From assembly GCA_025455685.1 (NCBI GenBank), contig JALOMB010000002.1, positions 5,515-69,514 on the forward strand: a DNA stretch of 64,000 bases. The letters run 5' to 3'. The translations under genes and the position numbers were made by a program. Source of the DNA: Chitinophagales bacterium. Its GTDB lineage: Bacteria > Bacteroidota > Bacteroidia > Chitinophagales > JADJOU01. The stretch's first letter is position 1; every line of letters begins with the position of its first letter. Positions 20,699 to 28,122 of the stretch are shown here, in pieces. A model generated the notes under the pieces. That model had not been told where the DNA came from. It saw only the letters and a program-made list of their open reading frames with translations, and ran no database searches.

Positions 20699-21220
20699 TT
20701 ACTTTTGAACTTGAAAATTTCCAGTCACTCTGACCAAACGGTATTGTTTGATATTGTCGTCTGCATATAGTGAATCACCGAAAACTAAATCTGTTTTTGT
20801 CTTAATTGATACCCTTCCGAAGGCCAATAGCTTTCTTTCATTACTGATCCAAATCATAGTATCTGCTTTGAGCGTTGTATTCGGCGAAATCACAACGACA
20901 GAGTCTATTGCTTTCATTTGATTGGTAATGTGGTCAAGCTGCGCTTTTTTGCTAGTCAATCTTGTAGCAGGGTTGCCTAAATCATCATATAAATTGAGTA
21001 TTACACCTTCATCGAATCTCGATTGTACTTGATTTGTTTCTAATTTATACATTTTAGGGGCAGTGAGCAAAGCAGACTTAATGCCTTTTTCAGAGTAATC
21101 TACCCGAATAGAGTCAATAACTTCTCCTTTTTCTTTATCAATCTCAAAAGGATAATAGTTTACTTGCTCTTTTTTACATTGAATGCCGATAAATAAAAAT
21201 AACCAAACAAAAAGCCGCAT
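20699..21220 (-). CDS. lptC: LPS export periplasmic protein LptC-like
   Basis: Signal/lipobox (FIGIQC), about 170 aa, beta-jellyroll-like pattern (LTAPKMY...GVILNLYDDLGN...LKADTMIWISNERKLLAFGRVSI). Confidence 0.55.
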   Translation of the reverse strand: MRLFVWLFLFIGIQCKKEQVNYYPFEIDKEKGEVIDSIRVDYSEKGIKSALLTAPKMYKLETNQVQSRFDEGVILNLYDDLGNPATRLTSKKAQLDHITNQMKAIDSVVVISPNTTLKADTMIWISNERKLLAFGRVSIKTKTDLVFGDSLYADDNIKQYRLVRVTGNFQVQK

Positions 21221-22497
21221 TAATCAAATTTAGGTCTATAAAACCATTTGTCACCTATAGTGAAGCCTGCATAAAAACTTAAAGCCCCTTCTGAATAGTC
21301 GCTAGAAGATATATTTGTGATTTGATAGCTCAAGCCGAGATTAATTAGATTTAACTTGAGTGCCTTAGTCGGTATCCCCAACCCTCCTGAAATCCTAAAA
21401 AAGGAAAAAGTTTCTTCGAGGTAAGGAGAAGTGCCCATGGCTGCACCAAGTCGATAAGTGATTTTATTAAAAAATTTTCGATTATCTAAAGATGCATTCA
21501 TGGCAGGTATAATTTCAATGCCTGTATTAACAGTCCAAAAATCAGTCAAAATCCTATTCCTTAAAGGGTCAACGTGATTAGACGGGGCGATATAATTGAA
21601 GTCTAAGCCATATTTTATACTTTTATTCTGAGAAAATGACAATCCAAAGGCTACTTTTTGAAACCCTTCATTACGCTCAGTGTAAAAAGAATCAGGAGTT
21701 TTGGTTCCCAGCAAAAAAGAATTATCAGACCTATAATCAAATAAAACCGTATTATAATTGACCATACTTTTGTTGCCCGCCCACAGAGACTCCCATGATG
21801 CGCCAATGATTAACTCATCTCTTTTATTTAAAGGATGAACATACTGAGCTGAGAGACCTGAAAGGAAATTTAAATTGGAAGAATTGGTAACTGAGCCAAT
21901 ATATCTCTGTTTTTGATCTACAGTAAGCACATTTGCATTAGTATAATTTATGGAACCGAACTCTAAACCAATTTTAAGACCCAAAGAGAGATTGTTTATT
22001 TTATGACTAAAACCAACATTCGCTCTATATATGCTACCGTCAGCTTCAAACTCATCTGTCACATTTCCGTATGTGGAATCACGAAAAACACTCTTAGAAG
22101 CAAAAGCAATATCAGAAACCTTTTGAAAATTTATCAATAATGAATTTTTACCTGTATTAAAAGGAAATAGCAACTTGAAATGAGATAGTCCAATACTATT
22201 GGAATTAGCAAAGCTATCTTTGTAAGTAGCATTAAGCTGGTTATAAATTAAACCTACATCAATTAGAGTTAAAAAGGGAGCTGAAAGTGATGCTACGTTT
22301 TCATCATTAATTACATTGGTGTTACGATAACCTTGCGAAAAAGCACTTCCAAAACTATTCGGATTGCTATATAAGACTCTTCGACCAAATTCGCTAGAAG
22401 CAAATGGGCTAGTGAGCTGTGCCAAAGCAACTAAGCAAGAAAAATTAAATAGAAAAACGAGTAGGAAGCGAACCTGAAAAAAATGAATCAAATACAT
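21220..22497 (-). CDS. putative outer-membrane beta-barrel protein
   Basis: Signal peptide ending ALAQ, alternating-hydrophobicity strands throughout, aromatic-rich C-terminus (WFYRPKFD). Confidence 0.45.
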   Translation of the reverse strand: MYLIHFFQVRFLLVFLFNFSCLVALAQLTSPFASSEFGRRVLYSNPNSFGSAFSQGYRNTNVINDENVASLSAPFLTLIDVGLIYNQLNATYKDSFANSNSIGLSHFKLLFPFNTGKNSLLINFQKVSDIAFASKSVFRDSTYGNVTDEFEADGSIYRANVGFSHKINNLSLGLKIGLEFGSINYTNANVLTVDQKQRYIGSVTNSSNLNFLSGLSAQYVHPLNKRDELIIGASWESLWAGNKSMVNYNTVLFDYRSDNSFLLGTKTPDSFYTERNEGFQKVAFGLSFSQNKSIKYGLDFNYIAPSNHVDPLRNRILTDFWTVNTGIEIIPAMNASLDNRKFFNKITYRLGAAMGTSPYLEETFSFFRISGGLGIPTKALKLNLINLGLSYQITNISSSDYSEGALSFYAGFTIGDKWFYRPKFD

Positions 22498-22567
22498 TAA
22501 ATGAAGCTATACATAGATTAAGATAAAAAAATATTCTTGCATTTTAAAGTTAACTATTAATGAATTG

Positions 22568-22649
22568 TGCCCTAGACTGGATTTGAACCAGCACGCCTTG
22601 CAGCACCACCCCCTCAAGATGGCGAGTCTACCAATTTCTCCACTAGGGC
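22568..22649 (-). tRNA. tRNA-Leu (anticodon GAG)
   Basis: Reverse complement folds as a class II tRNA: acceptor GCCCTAG/CTAGGGC, D region GGAGAAATTGGTAGAC, anticodon arm CCATC-TTGAGGG-GGTGG, long variable arm, T arm GCTGG-TTCAAAT-CCAGT. Resembles E. coli tRNA-Leu(GAG). Confidence 0.9.
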
Positions 22650-22660
22650 ATTTTGGAGTG

Positions 22661-22668
22661 CAAATATA
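22661..22668 (-). promoter_or_regulatory. -7 promoter box TAtaTTTG for tRNA-Leu
   Basis: TAnnTTTG on the minus strand, 11 nt upstream of the tRNA 5' end. Confidence 0.5.
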
Positions 22669-22670
22669 TA

Positions 22671-23816
22671 TTATTTTTTACGAAAAAGACAGAAATAAAA
22701 TGAATCGCTATCGTTTTCAGAAGAAAACACTTGATATTCAGAGACTAAAACAAGTTTTTTTTCTAAGATAAAATCTCTTTGTGCTTGATTCTCTTCGGTG
22801 AAAATGGAACAGGTGATATAGAGTAGTAATCCCTCTGATTTAACTAAATTTATTGCATTTTCGATAATACTTCTCTGAAGGATTATGTTTTTTTCGAGTG
22901 AATGTTTCGTAATATGGTATTTCAAACTAATTTGTCTTCTTATCGTCCCACTTCCGCTGCAGGGCGCATCTAACACTAATAAATCAACTTTGTTTTGATA
23001 AGTATCAAGGAAACTTTGGTCTAGAATTTTTGTTTCGAAATTAGTGAAATTAAGCCTTTGAGCTCGCAAGGAAAGATGATTGAGTTTTTGTTCATCAATA
23101 TCAGTAGATATAAGTTTAGATTTGGGGCTAAATTTCTTGAGCAACTGTATTGATTTACCTCCTTGGCCGGCACAAAAATCTACGATGAGTCCATTTTGAA
23201 GCTCAGGAAGTGTGGAAATAGGTATTTGAGAGCCTAGATCCTGAATTTCAAAATAACTAGAATTCGAAAGAAATGGATCAGCTTGAAAATTAACTCTTTG
23301 ATTTATTTTAATAGCGGAAATCGGAAATTTATCTTGAGAAACTGTAGCCATATCTATTACTTCATGAGCTATTTTAGCCTGTTTGAGTAGGTCAGAGAAA
23401 TCTAAAAGACTGATTAAATTTGTATTGATATTGAGATAAATTGCTGCTTTTTTGTTGAGAAAAAGCCATTCTTTTTCATTTATCTGGTTTTCACTTTTGT
23501 CCCAAAAGAATTCACTACAGCTATGTTTGATGTTAGGAGATGCTTCGATTTGTTCTGAAATTTTTGAAAAATCATTATACTCAATGAATTCTAGATATGC
23601 TTCGACTAGATCTTTGTCGGGATAGCGGAAATCAAGCAATTTATAATACCTATATATATCATAAAATAAAGCTGCAAAAGTTTTGCGATCTCTAGCGCCC
23701 CATTTTTTATTTTCTTTGGAGAATTTAAGATAAATTTCTTCACTTGATAAAGGATTGGATATGGCAAGGTCTAAGGCTTTGAGCACTTGATTTTTTATAT
23801 TAGGATGTAACTTCAT
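22671..23816 (-). CDS. rRNA (cytosine-C5)-methyltransferase, RsmB/RsmF (NOL1/NOP2/Sun) family
   Basis: SAM motif DFCAGQGGKS, catalytic DAPCSGSGTIRR and ITCSIF motifs. Confidence 0.8.
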   Translation of the reverse strand: MKLHPNIKNQVLKALDLAISNPLSSEEIYLKFSKENKKWGARDRKTFAALFYDIYRYYKLLDFRYPDKDLVEAYLEFIEYNDFSKISEQIEASPNIKHSCSEFFWDKSENQINEKEWLFLNKKAAIYLNINTNLISLLDFSDLLKQAKIAHEVIDMATVSQDKFPISAIKINQRVNFQADPFLSNSSYFEIQDLGSQIPISTLPELQNGLIVDFCAGQGGKSIQLLKKFSPKSKLISTDIDEQKLNHLSLRAQRLNFTNFETKILDQSFLDTYQNKVDLLVLDAPCSGSGTIRRQISLKYHITKHSLEKNIILQRSIIENAINLVKSEGLLLYITCSIFTEENQAQRDFILEKKLVLVSEYQVFSSENDSDSFYFCLFRKK

Positions 23817-23850
23817 GTATCAGATTGGGAAATAAAATAAAAAGTCATAT

Positions 23851-23962
23851 AGGAGGGCTATGAACAACCGCCATAGTAAGGATTTGAGCTAGCTGTATTT
23901 ATTCTTTGTAATCCTCCTGCTTTGTAAACAAAGAACACCGAAGTGTCTGAGGCCCGCCATTG
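23851..23962 (-). ncRNA. unclassified GC-rich structured RNA element (leader of the rsmB-like gene or an independent sRNA)
   Basis: About 110 nt at clearly higher G+C than the flanks. Four local hairpins (GACAC-UUCG-GUGUU, CUUUG-UUUA-CAAAG, AGGAUU...AAUCCU, CUAUG...CAUAG) are enclosed by GGGC/GCCC pairing. The cUUCGg loop and G-U pairs favour the minus strand. Confidence 0.35.
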
Positions 23963-24029
23963 AAAACAGATTTACTCGTTTTGTTTTTTTAATTATAGAT
24001 TGTCAAGCAATGCACCTATATGACCAATA

Positions 24030-24037
24030 CAAAAATA
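24030..24037 (-). promoter_or_regulatory. -7 promoter box TAttTTTG pointing toward the structured element and the rsmB-like gene
   Basis: TAnnTTTG on the minus strand about 210 nt upstream of the ATG at 23816. I saw no closer consensus box. Confidence 0.4.
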
Positions 24038-24049
24038 ATATATTTTTTT

Positions 24050-24057
24050 TATTTTTG
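24050..24057 (+). promoter_or_regulatory. -7 promoter box TAttTTTG for miaE
   Basis: TAnnTTTG 11 nt before the ATG at 24069. Confidence 0.5.
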
Positions 24058-24068
24058 CGTAAAAAAAT

Positions 24069-24650
24069 ATGCTAGGTCTAAAAATGGCTACAGATCCTCG
24101 TTGGGTTAATTTAGTCGAAAAATCAATAGAAGAAATCCTCACCGATCATGCTTATTGTGAACAAAAAGCAGCTTCTTCGTGTATTTCTCTCATCGTCACT
24201 TATAGTCAATACCCGGATATTGTCTCATCACTCACACCAATCGTAGAAGAAGAGTGGGGACATTTCAAAATGGTCCTTGAAGAGTTGCGAATTAGAAATT
24301 TAACCCTAGGAAAACCTAGAAAAGACGAATATGTAAATCTGCTTCAACAAAAAATCAAATCAATTCGTCCTCAATACGATAAACTATTGACACAATTGCT
24401 TATTAATGCTTTGATAGAAGCTAGAAGCTGTGAACGATTTAAACTGCTAAGTCAGTATTGTGCAGATTTAGATTTGAGAAAATTTTATAAGAAGCTCATG
24501 GTCTCTGAAGCTGGACACTATACTTTGTTTTTGAAATTAGCCAAAAGCTATTTTGATCCACAATTAGTGGATACGGTTTTTGATAAAATGCTCGAACTAG
24601 AAACTCAAATCTTATCTAAAATTGATTTAAGAGGAGATCGTATGCACTAG
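24069..24650 (+). CDS. miaE: tRNA-(ms2io6A)-hydroxylase (MiaE family diiron protein)
   Basis: MATDPRWVNLVEK...LTDHAYCEQKAA...EEEWGHF...EARSCERF...SEAGHY ferritin-like diiron motifs, as I recall them for MiaE. Confidence 0.72.
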   Translation: MLGLKMATDPRWVNLVEKSIEEILTDHAYCEQKAASSCISLIVTYSQYPDIVSSLTPIVEEEWGHFKMVLEELRIRNLTLGKPRKDEYVNLLQQKIKSIRPQYDKLLTQLLINALIEARSCERFKLLSQYCADLDLRKFYKKLMVSEAGHYTLFLKLAKSYFDPQLVDTVFDKMLELETQILSKIDLRGDRMH

Positions 24651-25996
24651 TTGTTTTTGGCTTCCCAGCATATTTTGCGATATTTTTCTGCTTCTTCTGA
24701 TTTTATGACAGCATCCAATATACCTCGACCAACTATTGCGAAATCGGCTTGTTTTTCTTTAAAAATATATTGTGGCGTATTGTATAGCTGACCCATGCCA
24801 TCGCTACCCTGAGCTAATTTAACACCAGGGGTAAACTGCCATAAGGTATTGCTTTGAATTGGTTGCTGAGATACAATTCCTATTACTTGAGGTATATCTT
24901 CGGCAAACTGAACCGTTTTTTTAAGATATAAAGAATCAGTTAGCGCGCCGTCTGAAGACATCGATCCAATGAGTATCAATGCTTTATCTTCTCCTATTTC
25001 ATGAGCCAAAGCATTTATCGAAGCAAATCCAGCTATCGCATGACATGTAAAAGCGTCTGCCCATTGTTTCATTTTGTATATCTTTGCATTTACTTGACTA
25101 ATCATAGTCGAGCCTATATCTGCAAATTTTCTATCTTCTAGTATTAAGAAATTATATTGGTGTTTAAGTTGATTTAAAATTTCTACTTCTCGATAACTAA
25201 AATAATCCCAGGAATCTGTATGAAGCTTTAGCATGCATATTGATTTGCCGACTTCTCTTATGAGCTCAAAAGCAACTTGAGGAGCATAGACATCAAGTGA
25301 AAGAATTAGATTAGATTGCTTTTCTTCTTTAATTTGAGTTAGTTTATCTTTTATGAAATTTCTCTTCGGCGAAAATAGCTTAGGTTGGGGCTTTTTTACT
25401 TGATTTTGACTAATGAAATCAAGCGAATCTTGATATTGTGCCTCTGTAATAAGTTGCTGCGCAAGTAATTCTGTTAAAATTTCATTTATGGTAAAAAGCG
25501 ATTTGATTTGATACCCTTTTTCTTGTAAAAATTCAAGTCCGCCTTGCATTCTATCTACTAAAACAATGATTTTAGAAATGGATAAATGCTCATCTATAAA
25601 ATTCGGTATTGTCTCCAAAATACTCTGTCCAGAAGTGATAACATCTTCGATTAGCAGACATCTGTCTTGAGGTTGATAAACGCCTTCAATGATTTTTTTT
25701 GTCCCATAGTTTTTAGATTCTTTTCTAATCATGACCATAGGTTTTTTGATTTGAATTGCGAGTGTGGTAGCAAAAGAAATACCTGCATAGGGTATGCCAC
25801 AAATCAAATCAAATTCATTTGGATCAATTTTGTCTTGAATCATATTTCCTAAGTCTATCAACAACTCAGGATAGCTAATAAGTCTTCTCAAGTCTAGATA
25901 AAAAGGAGACTTAATGCCACTTTTAAGATAAAAAGTGCCAAATTGAATAGCACCACTCTCGAAGAGAGCAGTGCTAAATTCTTTAGAATTTTTCAT
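24647..25996 (-). CDS. bifunctional orotate phosphoribosyltransferase / orotidine-5'-phosphate decarboxylase (UMP synthase-type fusion)
   Basis: N-terminal OPRT (FGTFYLKSGIKSPFYLDLR, PRPP loop LLIEDVITSGQS) and C-terminal OMPDC (SNLILSLDV, LKLHTD, EDRKFADIGST). Domain order is OPRT then OMPDC. Confidence 0.88.
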   Translation of the reverse strand: MKNSKEFSTALFESGAIQFGTFYLKSGIKSPFYLDLRRLISYPELLIDLGNMIQDKIDPNEFDLICGIPYAGISFATTLAIQIKKPMVMIRKESKNYGTKKIIEGVYQPQDRCLLIEDVITSGQSILETIPNFIDEHLSISKIIVLVDRMQGGLEFLQEKGYQIKSLFTINEILTELLAQQLITEAQYQDSLDFISQNQVKKPQPKLFSPKRNFIKDKLTQIKEEKQSNLILSLDVYAPQVAFELIREVGKSICMLKLHTDSWDYFSYREVEILNQLKHQYNFLILEDRKFADIGSTMISQVNAKIYKMKQWADAFTCHAIAGFASINALAHEIGEDKALILIGSMSSDGALTDSLYLKKTVQFAEDIPQVIGIVSQQPIQSNTLWQFTPGVKLAQGSDGMGQLYNTPQYIFKEKQADFAIVGRGILDAVIKSEEAEKYRKICWEAKNN

Positions 25997-25999
25997 TTA

Positions 26000-26896
26000 T
26001 TAAATTAAATTAGATGCTTTAAGTCCTTTGATGAGTCTACCAAGGCCGATACCACCACCGACTCTTTGGATGAAATTCAAACCAAGAAAATGTTCTAACT
26101 CAGCCATAACTCTTTCTTTGGTGAAAAGGTCAAATAATTTTTGTGCGTATTTCCCATCTTCAATCGACATAAAACTTTTCATCATCTGAGCGGTATCAGA
26201 GCTTCTTTCAGCGGAGCCTATAGTCTCCATACCATGGATTAAAACATCCATTTTCTTGGAAGTGACACCATCATCGTATCTTTTCATATTCCAAAAAGGA
26301 TTGGTGTATTCAGGAAAGTTTTTTAGAAAAAACGGGTTGGTATGGTCTTGATTGATTTTGATTTCTTGTTCATTTTCGATAATTTTGACACCGTATTTAG
26401 CTGCCATATCGACATAATTTCCGGATTCAAAAGTTTCTTTTTTTCCAAAACCTAAAAACTCTACTAGTTCTCTGACCATCTCTTCCAAAGCGTCTAAATC
26501 TCCTTTGAATTCGAACTCAAACATTGGAAAGATGATATTATGTCTTCCTTCTATTGGGTTTGCTTCATTTCTGTAGCTAGTGCTAAGGCAAAAGAAACCT
26601 TCTGCGGTAGGGTTTGTAAGCAATTCATACTCCAACCACATTTGACCTGTTTGTGGTAGTGGCCAAAGATTACCATGATAATTGTATGTTGAAATTGTGT
26701 TTGGGTCTTCACATGCTGCCATGATACTTAATCTATTCTGAGTATGAACTTCCATAAAGCCTTTTTTTAGAAAAAACTCTCTGAGCTTAGTGGTAGTGGC
26801 TGTGAAATCTTTTGGGTCGATGTTTGGCACTAAGTTTGGATTAACATTAGGCAGAGTCAATCGTTCTCTTGTGTTTAGATTTGCTGCTTGTAACAT
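26000..26896 (-). CDS. stand-alone class II aminoacyl-tRNA-synthetase catalytic core (AsnRS/AspRS-like; archaeal-type asparagine synthetase A-like)
   Basis: Motif 1 FFLKKGFMEVHTQ, motif 2 SYRNEANPIEGRHNIIFPMFEFEF, motif 3 GGGIGLGRL. At 298 aa there is no anticodon-binding domain. Confidence 0.65.
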   Translation of the reverse strand: MLQAANLNTRERLTLPNVNPNLVPNIDPKDFTATTTKLREFFLKKGFMEVHTQNRLSIMAACEDPNTISTYNYHGNLWPLPQTGQMWLEYELLTNPTAEGFFCLSTSYRNEANPIEGRHNIIFPMFEFEFKGDLDALEEMVRELVEFLGFGKKETFESGNYVDMAAKYGVKIIENEQEIKINQDHTNPFFLKNFPEYTNPFWNMKRYDDGVTSKKMDVLIHGMETIGSAERSSDTAQMMKSFMSIEDGKYAQKLFDLFTKERVMAELEHFLGLNFIQRVGGGIGLGRLIKGLKASNLI

Positions 26897-26932
26897 AGTT
26901 TTAAAATTTAAAGGTTAAAAAAAATATAATTA

Positions 26933-27895
26933 TTAATAATTAAATCGAGGTTGAGGGGTTTCTTGAGGCGCTATTCTTTTTAGCTTTCCTCTGAAATCAG
27001 ATATTTGAGAATATTTTTTTTGGTTTACAATTTGTTGAAATTCGTTTTGAATTCGTTGAAAGCAGCTTAAACCTTCAAAGGCGATTTGACTGCCGATTTG
27101 TACAGCGGAAGCACCACATAAGATATGTTCGAATACGTCTGAACCATTTTGAATTCCACCGCATCCGATTATAGCGATTCTATCTTCGAGTCTAAGGTGA
27201 AATTGATTGATATTAGCGAGGGTAGTGGGTTTGATAAAAGGGCCACCGATGCCACCGTAACCATTTTTTGGTGTAATGACGGTTGATTCTGAAGCTATAT
27301 CCACGACTAAAGCATTTGGAATACTATTAATCGTAGTTATGAAGTCTATGGGATATTGGTTTAGGATTTTAGCTACTGAATCAAATTGAGCATTTTCAAA
27401 GTATGGCGGTAATTTAACACCAACGGGTTTTTCAGATACGTCGAGTACGCTTTTGAGCATACGCTCAAATTCAGGAAGATTGTAGGCGATAATAGGATGG
27501 TCCGGTAGATTTGGACAAGATAAATTGAGTTCTACTGCATCAATGGATTGGATTGAATTTATTTTTTTAAAGATATCAAAGTTCCCTTCTAGATTTAATC
27601 CTGCGACTGAAAGCCAAAACAATTGATCGTCATGCTTTTGGATTTGTTGTGCCGCTTGGAGATAATATTCTAGACCATGATTAGGCAAACCCATGGAATT
27701 GATGCTGACTTTCGAATCATCCCAATATCTTGGTTTGGGATTGCCTTGTCGCGCTTCTATGGTCATGCTTTTGCTTACTGCTCCGAGACTATCAGAGTTC
27801 AAAACTTCTTGGATTTCTTGAGCAGAGGTACAATGAACTCCTGAGGCGTTCATTATGTTGTGTTTTTTAGATCTTAACTGCTCTGCGAATCTCAT
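26933..27895 (-). CDS. pyrD: dihydroorotate dehydrogenase, class 1A (fumarate type)
   Basis: Near-colinear with L. lactis PyrDa as I recall it: MNASGVHC, QGNPKPRY, SINSMGLPN, LNLSCPN (catalytic Cys), GVKLPPYF, GYGGIGGPFIKPT. No membrane anchor and no adjacent pyrK. Confidence 0.88.
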   Translation of the reverse strand: MRFAEQLRSKKHNIMNASGVHCTSAQEIQEVLNSDSLGAVSKSMTIEARQGNPKPRYWDDSKVSINSMGLPNHGLEYYLQAAQQIQKHDDQLFWLSVAGLNLEGNFDIFKKINSIQSIDAVELNLSCPNLPDHPIIAYNLPEFERMLKSVLDVSEKPVGVKLPPYFENAQFDSVAKILNQYPIDFITTINSIPNALVVDIASESTVITPKNGYGGIGGPFIKPTTLANINQFHLRLEDRIAIIGCGGIQNGSDVFEHILCGASAVQIGSQIAFEGLSCFQRIQNEFQQIVNQKKYSQISDFRGKLKRIAPQETPQPRFNY

Positions 27896-27896
27896 C

Positions 27897-28058
27897 TTAG
27901 CTTTGAAAATTTAGGAAAAGTGCAAAAAAAAAGCTATTCAATAAATGAATAGCTTTTTTAAAATAAATCGATTTGTTTGCTTGTGGACTAGAATAAAATA
28001 AATGCCTGTTTTTGGATTTGTACCTAGATAAAAATACTAAAGGCGGATTTGTTGTCAT
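27897..28058 (-). CDS. candidate 53-codon pyr leader peptide ORF
   Basis: ATG 28058 to TAA 27897, with the stop 1 nt before the pyrD ATG. The ORF reads through the terminator hairpin and U-run (FFF). Too short for the supplied ORF track; translated by hand. Confidence 0.3.
   Translation of the reverse strand: MTTNPPLVFLSRYKSKNRHLFYSSPQANKSIYFKKAIHLLNSFFFALFLNFQS
27924..27959 (-). terminator. intrinsic terminator / attenuator 28 nt upstream of pyrD
   Basis: Minus-strand RNA is A6-GCUAUUCA-UUUAU-UGAAUAGC-U9: a perfect 8-bp stem extendable by A-U pairs. Confidence 0.7.
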
Positions 28059-28066
28059 TCTGTTTG

Positions 28067-28074
28067 CAAAGTTA
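28067..28074 (-). promoter_or_regulatory. -7 promoter box TAacTTTG(CAAA) for the pyr leader
   Basis: TAnnTTTG on the minus strand, 8 nt upstream of the leader ATG. No well-spaced -33 TTG was seen. Confidence 0.4.
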
Positions 28075-28103
28075 AATCAAAAATTTATTTTGGCGTAAAT
28101 CAA

Positions 28104-28122
28104 TATCCACATAATGTGGATA
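28104..28122. promoter_or_regulatory. perfect palindrome TATCCACA-taa-TGTGGATA (two inverted DnaA-box-like sites)
   Basis: 8-bp arms with a 3-nt spacer. The right arm extends to TGTGGATAA, the complement of the DnaA box consensus TTATCCACA. It lies 30-55 nt upstream of the putative pyr leader promoter. Confidence 0.4.

Noticed and set aside
22565-22771. 68-aa plus-strand ORF in the supplied track
   Set aside because: It is the antisense reading of tRNA-Leu(GAG) and of the 3' end of the rsmB-like gene, it starts with TTG, and it has no promoter box. It is an artefact.
23851-23962. Whether the GC-rich structured element is SRP (4.5S) RNA
   Set aside because: The invariant domain IV sequence (GGUCCGGAAGGAAGCAGCC-like, with a GGAA tetraloop) is absent on both strands. 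I therefore kept it as an unclassified element only.
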